Of a stretch of DNA of 64,000 nt, positions 56,760-64,000 are shown in pieces. Under the pieces are notes generated by a model that saw only the letters and a list, made by a program, of their open reading frames with translations, was not told the origin of the DNA and did not search any database. Position numbers and translations under genes: made by a program. Source of the stretch: a virus. The stretch covers positions 32,001-96,000 of the IMG/VR virus record IMGVR_UViG_3300014050_000003; one strand, 5' to 3'. Every line of letters starts with the position of its first letter. Position 1 is the stretch's first letter.

Positions 56760-57914
56760 ATGCATCTAGTAGAAAAATATGCCACTTCGTGCGGAATTAA
56801 AATAAATAAGCCAGAAATTTATCAAAAATATTCACCAATTCCTTATGATAAATATATCATTTTTTACCCTCAAAATATAAAAAGTGGAGCAGAATATGAT
56901 CATTGGCAAATAGTTATTAATGCTATTTTTCAATTCTTAGCTCCAGAAAATATCTATATAATTCAAATTGGTAATAAAGATTCTAGAAAATATACTAATT
57001 GCGCTTTTATAGATGAAGCTTCAATTGATTTTCAAAATTTAGGTTATATTATTAAAAATGCAGAACTAGTTTTAGGTGTTGATGGAATTAATAATCATAT
57101 AGCTTCTTCTTTCAATAAAAAAATAGTAGCTCTTTATTATAATATTAATTTAGAAAATGTAAAACCATATTGGGGAGATAAATCTAATCAAAGATTATTG
57201 TATCCTAAAATTTCTACAAAACCATTTTATGGCGCGAATAAAACTCATAAATCTATTAATTCTATAAATCCAGAAGAAGTAGGTAGAAGCGTTTTAGATT
57301 TATTGAATATAAAATATCCTCAAATGATTAATACTCTTTTTATTGGTAATAATTTTAATAATAGAACATTAGATGTTATTCCAGACGGCCCAATTAATAT
57401 CGAGGTTTTAAATACTCCCAACTTAATAGTAAGAATGGACCTGCATTTTGATGAAGCTGTATTGAATAACCTTTTATCTCATAAAAAATGTATAATAATA
57501 ACTAAAAAATCAATAAATTCAGAATTAATAATTAATCATAAGAAAAATATATTGCAAATAGTATACATATTAGATCAAGATAATGATCCAAATTTTATTA
57601 AATTTATCAAAAATAATAATATTCAATATACCTTATTATCAGAAGAAACAGAAGAAATTATTAATACTTTTAAATTCAAATATATGGATTATGGTTTAAT
57701 TTTTAAAAAGAATAAAAATGAAAAAAGTTTTGAGCTTCCCAAGAATAAGCAAATCTTTTTTAGATGTGCTAAAATATATTTTTCATCAAAAGGCGCTTTT
57801 AATGGAAAATACGCATGGTTAAATAATTTGCAAAATTCGCAAGAAGTAACTGATAATGAATTATTTTGGGAAGATCTTCAAGATTTGCATATTTTCACTA
57901 TTGACAATTTTTAA
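56760..57914 (+). CDS. GT9 (heptosyltransferase-like) C-terminal domain protein
   Basis: HLVEKYA, YDHW, IIQIG, LGVDG..NHIASSFNKKIVALY. Confidence 0.62.
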   Translation: MHLVEKYATSCGIKINKPEIYQKYSPIPYDKYIIFYPQNIKSGAEYDHWQIVINAIFQFLAPENIYIIQIGNKDSRKYTNCAFIDEASIDFQNLGYIIKNAELVLGVDGINNHIASSFNKKIVALYYNINLENVKPYWGDKSNQRLLYPKISTKPFYGANKTHKSINSINPEEVGRSVLDLLNIKYPQMINTLFIGNNFNNRTLDVIPDGPINIEVLNTPNLIVRMDLHFDEAVLNNLLSHKKCIIITKKSINSELIINHKKNILQIVYILDQDNDPNFIKFIKNNNIQYTLLSEETEEIINTFKFKYMDYGLIFKKNKNEKSFELPKNKQIFFRCAKIYFSSKGAFNGKYAWLNNLQNSQEVTDNELFWEDLQDLHIFTIDNF

Positions 57915-57929
57915 TATAAGTGATATACT
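57901..57929 (+). promoter_or_regulatory. Sigma70-type promoter
   Basis: TTGACA-N17-TATACT, ATG 6 nt downstream. Confidence 0.65.
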
Positions 57930-57935
57930 CATAAG

Positions 57936-58733
57936 ATGAGTCCAAAAATTAAAGATAATCAACAAACAATCTCTATCGGTAGTCAAGAACTTGAAAATAT
58001 TAATATTGCATTAGATTTAAATGCTCCAAAAGTAGTTCCACCAAATATTATCACAAGAAATAAATATGGTCTTATTGATGATACAAATTTAAATTATATT
58101 TTTAATGATGATGGTACAATAAATTGGCGTAAGATGGTTAAAATCGAACATCTTGTGCCTAATAGACAAAAAACTCAAGAGACAGATGTATCAAAACTTC
58201 AAGATAAAGATCTTCTTATCCTTTTAGGAGGAATTAAAGAATTGGCTCAAATTCGTGGTTATACAAAAGTAGAATATAATGTAGTTTCTGCAACAGAAAA
58301 TTATTTTGCAACAAGTTGTCGTATAACTTGGATTCCAAATTATGAAACAGATGGCAGGGAAATTATATTTGAAGCTCTTGCAGATGCTACATCTAATAAT
58401 ACAAAATCTTTTGCTAGGTTTTTCTTAGCTGCAATTGCAGAAAATAGAGCTTTTGTTCGTTGTGTGCGTAATTTTCTTAAAATTAATATTGTATCCCAAG
58501 AAGAATTAGGAGATGCTAAATTACTTGATGAAGCGTCAACTATTCAAGATAATCCCACTTCTCCACATGTTCTTTTAGAAAAAGTTATGAAAGATAGAGG
58601 TGTAACTTTTGAAAATTTAAAAAATAAATTAATAAAAGAAAAATTTGATAATGCTGAAAATTTAAATACTATAAATGATATTCCAAAAGTAAAAATCTTT
58701 GAACTTATAGATAGAATTAAAAAAGCTAAATAA
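57936..58733 (+). CDS. Hypothetical protein, possible Rad52/Sak-like annealing protein
   Basis: AIAENRAFVRCVR...SQEE resembles the SSAP helix motif. Confidence 0.4.
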   Translation: MSPKIKDNQQTISIGSQELENINIALDLNAPKVVPPNIITRNKYGLIDDTNLNYIFNDDGTINWRKMVKIEHLVPNRQKTQETDVSKLQDKDLLILLGGIKELAQIRGYTKVEYNVVSATENYFATSCRITWIPNYETDGREIIFEALADATSNNTKSFARFFLAAIAENRAFVRCVRNFLKINIVSQEELGDAKLLDEASTIQDNPTSPHVLLEKVMKDRGVTFENLKNKLIKEKFDNAENLNTINDIPKVKIFELIDRIKKAK

Positions 58734-60125
58734 TTAAGGAACTACTAGACCTGGCCCAGATCCATATACTGGATTATTGGTAGTATCATTCTTATTATAA
58801 GGATTTAAAAATCCAGTTAAACCAACAACAGAAATTCTTTGAGCATTTGGTGCGTAAGTAATATCGCCAAATCCAATATATTTTGAAATTCCCTCAAGAT
58901 AACCAATCGATCCACCCCCTCCACCCGCTCCTCCACTACCACCCCCTTTTGATGCATCTTCACCTTTATCGCCACCGCCTCCGCCTCCTCCTCTGCCTCC
59001 CCCTTGTCCTGGACTTCCTGGAATATTAACATATGGTCCTGGATCCAAGGGTCCTTTTTGTCCAGCTGATCCACCCCTAGCATCAGAATATGGTCGAGTT
59101 TCACCCTTAACTCCTCCATTTCCTGGAGCTAAGCCTGGATTAGGCGCAGGACCTCTAGGACCTTGGCTTCCTCCTATAGAAATTCCTCCAAATCCATCAG
59201 ATCCTTTGTCAGAAAACCCCCCCTGTCCGTTGCCTCCATCAATTCCTTTAACAGTTTGGCCTTCTATACCATTAAATCCAATTATTGTAGATGGACTTCC
59301 ACTTGATCCACCGCCACCATCAGATCCTCTTTCACTAATACCATCTCCATTTGACCCATCCACGCCTTTTAATGTTATTCCATCAATTCCATTAGTTCCC
59401 CCGTCTCCTTTAAGAAGAGCCCCATCTGGTCCTGATGGCCCATCACCAATATACATAGGACCATCAATACCTATGTTTCCAGCTGATCCAAAAGCTGTTG
59501 GTCCTCCTATGCCTATTGAACCTCCACCTCCGCCTCCTCCTCCACCACCTGCTCCACCTTCACCCCCACCCCCACCTTCAAATCCAATTTCTCCTTGACC
59601 ACAACATTTTAAAATGATTTCTTTTGTTGATAATATTTTTATACAAGTTTGTTCTGTTTCATTTGGATTAAATTTTATGCATCTAAATTTAGCTTCTTTT
59701 TCATTTGGTATATCTGATGTATCTATAGATATATTTTTTGTACGAGAATTTAAAAAGTTTATATTACTTTTATTTGTATCAATATACAAATTTATTTCAT
59801 TAAATACTTTTTTATCAGTATTTAATAAATCACCAATTTTAAAATTTCCAGATTGATTAGAAGTATTTAAATTAATAGAAAATTGATGTTCTTTACTGCT
59901 TGTTTTTTGAAGAAAATAATTATTTTCATAATCAGTAAATATTTTTGTATTAAAATATCCATCTATTCCAGTTTGTATTGGAAAACTAGAATTAAAATTT
60001 ATTTGTTTTACTGAGCATCCATCTATTGTTTTATTTATATATAAAGCATTTAATTCAGAACCACTTACATACTTATCCCAACATACATTTCCAAGATCTT
60101 GAATTTGCTTTAAAACATTTGGCAT
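58734..60125 (-). CDS. Gly-rich, collagen-like fibre protein
   Basis: Poly-Gly and interrupted G-X-Y runs; N-terminus paralogous to the next gene. Confidence 0.7.
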   Translation of the reverse strand: MPNVLKQIQDLGNVCWDKYVSGSELNALYINKTIDGCSVKQINFNSSFPIQTGIDGYFNTKIFTDYENNYFLQKTSSKEHQFSINLNTSNQSGNFKIGDLLNTDKKVFNEINLYIDTNKSNINFLNSRTKNISIDTSDIPNEKEAKFRCIKFNPNETEQTCIKILSTKEIILKCCGQGEIGFEGGGGGEGGAGGGGGGGGGGSIGIGGPTAFGSAGNIGIDGPMYIGDGPSGPDGALLKGDGGTNGIDGITLKGVDGSNGDGISERGSDGGGGSSGSPSTIIGFNGIEGQTVKGIDGGNGQGGFSDKGSDGFGGISIGGSQGPRGPAPNPGLAPGNGGVKGETRPYSDARGGSAGQKGPLDPGPYVNIPGSPGQGGGRGGGGGGGDKGEDASKGGGSGGAGGGGGSIGYLEGISKYIGFGDITYAPNAQRISVVGLTGFLNPYNKNDTTNNPVYGSGPGLVVP

Positions 60126-61520
60126 TTATTGTACTCCTTGTACTCCTGCAAATATATAAATATATCTCATTTGTCCTCCTATGCAAACATACATTCTTCT
60201 AGGTCTAAATAAAATTCCTCCATAAGTAAAACTACCCCCAATTATATATCCAGTTGCTCCAGTCGCTCCAGTAGATCCAGTGGCTCCAGCTCCAGTTGCA
60301 CCAGTAGATCCAGTTGCACCAGTAGCGCCTTTTGGCCCAGTTGCTCCAGTCGCTCCAGTTGCGCCAGTACTCCCTTGTATAGTTAGCGTATCTCCTTTCG
60401 CTCCAGTCGCTCCAGTAGCTCCAGTTGCACCAGTAGATCCAGTCGCACCAGTAGAACCAGTAGAACCTATTATTAAAGGTCCCATTGGCCCAGTTAATCC
60501 AGTTGCACCAGTAGATCCAGTTGCACCAGTAGATCCAGTCGCACCAGTAGATCCAGTTGAACCCGTAGCTCCTCTTGATCCAGTCGCTCCAGTTGCACCA
60601 GTAGATCCAGTTGAACCCGTAGCTCCTCTTGATCCAGTCGCTCCAGTTGCACCAGTAGATCCAGTTGAACCCGTAGCTCCTCTTGATCCAGTCGCTCCAG
60701 TTGCACCAGTAGATCCAGTGGCTCCTTTTGATCCAGTAGCTCCAGTTGCACCAGTAGCTCCAGTTGCACCAGTAGATCCAGTTGATCCAGTTGAACCCGT
60801 AGCGCCTTTTGGTCCAGTTGCACCAGTAGATCCAGTAGCTCCAGTTGCACCAGTAGCTCCACTTGATCCAGTTGCGCCAGTTGAGCCAGTAGCTCCAGAT
60901 CCAGTTGCTCCAGTCGCTCCGACTGGACCTGTAGCGCCAGTAGCTCCAATTGCTCCAGTAGCTCCCCTTGGTCCAGTTGCACCAGTGGCACCAAAACAAT
61001 CAGAATTTGCTGGTGCTCCTACCGCTTCAAATAAACTACTTATTTCAGCGCTTACTGGATTAAAATTATTATTAGCATTTCCAACAGTAAATGGTTTTGT
61101 GCACATTACATAAGGTGGATCTGAAGTACCATCATTAATTTCTCTAAATTTTGCTTCATTTTCAGCAGAACTTAAATCATTTGTATTTATTGAAATTGTT
61201 TTAGTATTTTTATTTATTAAAATATAAGACCCATTTTGTTCTGTTAATATTTGAATTCCTTGGTCATTTGAATTTAAAAGTTCAAAGTATGATGCTTGTG
61301 CGTCTGTTCCTAGTCCTGCAGTATAATTTGATGTATTTAATGATGCAAAATTTGTACCTGAATCTGTGTATAATTGTATACTATTGGGACTATTTTTATA
61401 TTGTAATTCCAATAAATTCACTGGGCATGTAGTTGTTCCTAAATTTAAAACATTTCCATTTTGTTGGTAATTCGCCCAACATTCATTACTAAGATCTTGG
61501 ATAAATTTTATTATAGCCAT
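60126..61520 (-). CDS. Collagen-like (G-X-T) fibre protein
   Basis: Long GAT/GST triplet run. Confidence 0.85.
   Translation of the reverse strand: MAIIKFIQDLSNECWANYQQNGNVLNLGTTTCPVNLLELQYKNSPNSIQLYTDSGTNFASLNTSNYTAGLGTDAQASYFELLNSNDQGIQILTEQNGSYILINKNTKTISINTNDLSSAENEAKFREINDGTSDPPYVMCTKPFTVGNANNNFNPVSAEISSLFEAVGAPANSDCFGATGATGPRGATGAIGATGATGPVGATGATGSGATGSTGATGSSGATGATGATGSTGATGPKGATGSTGSTGSTGATGATGATGATGSKGATGSTGATGATGSRGATGSTGSTGATGATGSRGATGSTGSTGATGATGSRGATGSTGSTGATGSTGATGSTGATGLTGPMGPLIIGSTGSTGATGSTGATGATGATGAKGDTLTIQGSTGATGATGATGPKGATGATGSTGATGAGATGSTGATGATGYIIGGSFTYGGILFRPRRMYVCIGGQMRYIYIFAGVQGVQ
60547..60708. repeat. Three exact 54-bp tandem repeats within the collagen region (9-bp periodicity over ~60250-60990)
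   Basis: gtagatccagttgaacccgtagctcctcttgatccagtcgctccagttgcacca x3. Confidence 0.9.
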
Positions 61521-61536
61521 AATTTTCTATTAAATT

Positions 61537-64000
61537 TTATGTTAAAGTAGGAGTAGGCGTTGGAGTATATGAACATCCACAATTATATATTCCATATACT
61601 CCTGCTGGAGGCCTTATATTATATTGGCCTCCCCAAGTGCTTAGTGCAGATCCTCCAATATCATTTGCTAAAATAATTCCATATACTTGATTTTCATTAT
61701 CTGAAGGAAAACCAAAATTGAAGCCACCACATGCATCACTAACATTATATGAATCAAAATCTGGCGTAACACATTTTACTAACATAACTGTTCCTACATA
61801 ATAACAACCCCCATAAGATGGACCATAAAAATACGGCGAAATCGGTACGGCCGAGATTAAACCGCTTTGATCTCCAGAGTTTAAATCTACATTAAATTTA
61901 TATCTAAACCATGCAACATTACAAGGCCCATAAGATATAACGCGAGAATCATAAGATTCATATTCAGGTCCAAAAATTTCTACCACCATACCATTAAAAG
62001 ATACTACCCAACTTTGTTCAGATCCAATACTAGAATTATAACTTGTTAATTGAACCCAAAGTTCTAATGGAACAATAGATGTTGGCGTAGGAGTTGGTGT
62101 AGGAGTCGGAGTTGGTGTAGGAGTCGGAGTTGGCGTAGGAATTGGTGGCAAAGTTGGCGTAAAAGGATATGGACATGCGCAATTATAAGTGCAAGAAAAT
62201 GGTAGAGCAGGATATTGACCCCATATTGTACGACCTCCATCTAATGAAACACCGAAGAATCCTCCTGGCCAATATGCAAGTTGTCCATTACATTCATCAA
62301 TAAAAGCCCCAGGATCTTCTTCAACAACGCATTTTACTATAGATGCTTGTCCTACATAATTACAAAGTCCATAAGATTCACCATAAACAAAAGGACTAAT
62401 CGGAGTGATTTCAATTAAACCGCTTTGATCTCCAGAGTTTAAATCTACATAAAATTTATATCTCAAATACGCTGAAGAACATCCACCAGGAGACATTGTT
62501 AATGAATCATGATCCCCGTTTCCAACATTTTTTATTGGGATACCGTTAAAAGATATACTCCATCCTTGTTGAACCGATTCATAACTAGCTATACGAACCC
62601 AAAGCTCTAATGGAACAATGGAAGATATTAACGTAGGCGTAGGAGTTGGCGTAGGAGTTGGAGTTGGAGTTGGCGTAGGAGTTGGCGTAGGAGTTGGAGT
62701 TGGAGTTGGAGTTGGAGTAAAAGTTGGCGTAGGAGTTGGAGTCAAAGTTTGCGTAGAAGTAAATGTTGGCGTAGGAGTTGGCGTACAAATCGCCTCTTCA
62801 GCACAAGTAATATTATTATTTGAATTTAAAATATTAAGACTTATCCAACCAGAATAAGGGAATGAAACATCATTAGCTAAATTAAAAGATACAAGAGTTG
62901 GACTTTGTAATAAATCATCTTTAAAATATAAAAACCATCCTTTATCTGGAACATTTTGATTAAAAAATCTTTTTGCTCCAATGTCAAAATATTTTAAATA
63001 ATATCTTTTACAATTTATTTTGCAAGATCTCCATAATTTTTGATTTATTTTTGAAAAATAAAATTGTCCATGAATAGGAGGAGTTGGTACAGGATATATT
63101 GGAGTTGGAGTAGATGTAGGAGTTGGAGTAGATGTAGGAGCAGATGTAGGAGTAGGAGTAGGAACAATAATATTGGGATCTATAATTTCTCCTGTTGCAG
63201 TTACCATATCAGTTCTAAAGTTTCCTCTAAAATAAGAATATATATTAGTATCTGTCCCATCTACTTTGCGATATCCATTTTGTCCAGGAGCATAAGATGC
63301 TACTAAACGAAAACCAAATTTAGAATTATTATTTACCCCAGATATAGAACTTAAATCTGCTTTTCTTTGATAACTCCAAGTATCAGCGCTAGTTTGTTTA
63401 TATAAACCTTGTTCTATTGAATCTGCATCGCCAACTTGAGCTACATAATCTATCCAAACTGGATTGGTTGCAGTAATATCCAATGTATATTGAGCTTTTA
63501 TGTATCTTGTACAAGTTCTATTCAAATAATTATCCCAATAAATAATAATATTTCTTCTATTGAATGTGCTTATAGAAAATTGTAATCCAGAAGAATTATT
63601 TAATATTGGTTGAGATGATCCATAATAATTTAAAGATTTATTATTAGAATTGTAATTTGGTCCTAATGGGTCAGTTAAAGAGCCAGCAATAAAACCATAA
63701 TCAGTATTAATTCCTATTACTTGAACTACTCCTTCTCCAGTAGACGGATTTAAATCTGAGGAATTAAAGTTCCATTGAGTAATAATATTATTAAAAATAC
63801 CAAAAGGTTTAGCTTTTATTATTTTACCTGTACTGCTAACATTTAAATTATCATTTACTGCAATATCTGCATTTTGAGCTACTACAAAAATTTTAAAATA
63901 ATAAGTTTGACGATTTGTTAATCCTGTAACTTTAAAATTAATTGGAGTAAATGCAGTTTTTACTTTTTCATTATATACAACATATGCTGAACCTAATTGA
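61537..64000 (-). CDS. Large Pro-Thr-linker multidomain protein, start lies beyond the window
   Basis: Frame stays open from 63999 through the track's TTG at 63525; FN3-like VTGLTNRQTYYFKI; ITQWNFN domain; PT repeats; duplicated Cys-rich domain. Confidence 0.8.
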   Translation of the reverse strand, partial: QLGSAYVVYNEKVKTAFTPINFKVTGLTNRQTYYFKIFVVAQNADIAVNDNLNVSSTGKIIKAKPFGIFNNIITQWNFNSSDLNPSTGEGVVQVIGINTDYGFIAGSLTDPLGPNYNSNNKSLNYYGSSQPILNNSSGLQFSISTFNRRNIIIYWDNYLNRTCTRYIKAQYTLDITATNPVWIDYVAQVGDADSIEQGLYKQTSADTWSYQRKADLSSISGVNNNSKFGFRLVASYAPGQNGYRKVDGTDTNIYSYFRGNFRTDMVTATGEIIDPNIIVPTPTPTSAPTSTPTPTSTPTPIYPVPTPPIHGQFYFSKINQKLWRSCKINCKRYYLKYFDIGAKRFFNQNVPDKGWFLYFKDDLLQSPTLVSFNLANDVSFPYSGWISLNILNSNNNITCAEEAICTPTPTPTFTSTQTLTPTPTPTFTPTPTPTPTPTPTPTPTPTPTPTPTPTPTLISSIVPLELWVRIASYESVQQGWSISFNGIPIKNVGNGDHDSLTMSPGGCSSAYLRYKFYVDLNSGDQSGLIEITPISPFVYGESYGLCNYVGQASIVKCVVEEDPGAFIDECNGQLAYWPGGFFGVSLDGGRTIWGQYPALPFSCTYNCACPYPFTPTLPPIPTPTPTPTPTPTPTPTPTPTSIVPLELWVQLTSYNSSIGSEQSWVVSFNGMVVEIFGPEYESYDSRVISYGPCNVAWFRYKFNVDLNSGDQSGLISAVPISPYFYGPSYGGCYYVGTVMLVKCVTPDFDSYNVSDACGGFNFGFPSDNENQVYGIILANDIGGSALSTWGGQYNIRPPAGVYGIYNCGCSYTPTPTPTLT
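62632..62785. repeat. 6-bp-period Pro-Thr coding repeat (also at ~62080-62140 and ~63095-63165)
   Basis: ggagtt/ggcgta units. Confidence 0.85.

Noticed and set aside
4304-56785. Numerous 60-150 aa ORFs nested in or antisense to long genes (e.g. 4304, 5769, 16026, 21716, 37674, 44124, 52219, 55538)
   Set aside because: Fully overlap well-supported genes and show no motifs or start signals
60232-61113. Alternative-frame ORFs (WCNW repeats, PVAPVD repeats, LVQLD repeats)
   Set aside because: Shadow frames of the 9-bp-periodic collagen repeat
60250-63165. CRISPR array
   Set aside because: Repeats are contiguous, in-frame coding repeats without unique spacers; no cas operon, and the Cas4-like nuclease at 48596 sits in a replication block
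1-64000. Eukaryotic giant virus or reduced cellular genome
   Set aside because: Sigma factor, sigma70/sigma54 promoters, tmRNA, DnaB/DnaG/DnaE and overlapping operons are bacterial-type, while no ribosomal or core cellular genes appear; a large phage fits best, though no capsid gene is in view

Overview
Very AT-rich, gene-dense segment that reads as part of a large (jumbo-type) tailed phage genome in standard code 11. No capsid or terminase gene lies in the window, so the phage call is an inference. Contents: tRNA-Ser(ACT), tRNA-Asn(GTT) and a tmRNA; nucleotide genes (purA, GuaB/GuaC-family oxidoreductase, dCMP deaminase, dNMP kinase, nrdA/nrdB, thyX); a sigma factor; a replication block (RecA-like, DnaB, DnaG, PD-(D/E)XK nucleases, DnaE split into PHP, exonuclease and core genes); about 15 glycosyltransferase-like and 4 nucleotide-sugar genes; Hsp20; ferritin-like, HiPIP-like and fibrinogen-like proteins; a PEP-CTERM surface protein suggesting a Verrucomicrobia/PVC-type host; and collagen-like and Pro-Thr-rich fibre genes. 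Most notable signals not shown by the ORF track: (1) an unexplained ~300-nt structured noncoding element with its own sigma70 promoter upstream of nrdA; (2) a GTGTAA-N8-14-start motif, a candidate late promoter making leaderless mRNAs; (3) a sigma54 promoter with paired enhancer-like boxes at hsp20; (4) a giant-virus-like glycosylation toolkit alongside Thr-rich fibres; (5) a shared EIDFT/x-x-Ala signature in putative capsid-cargo proteins. All family calls come from motif recognition by eye, not database searches.
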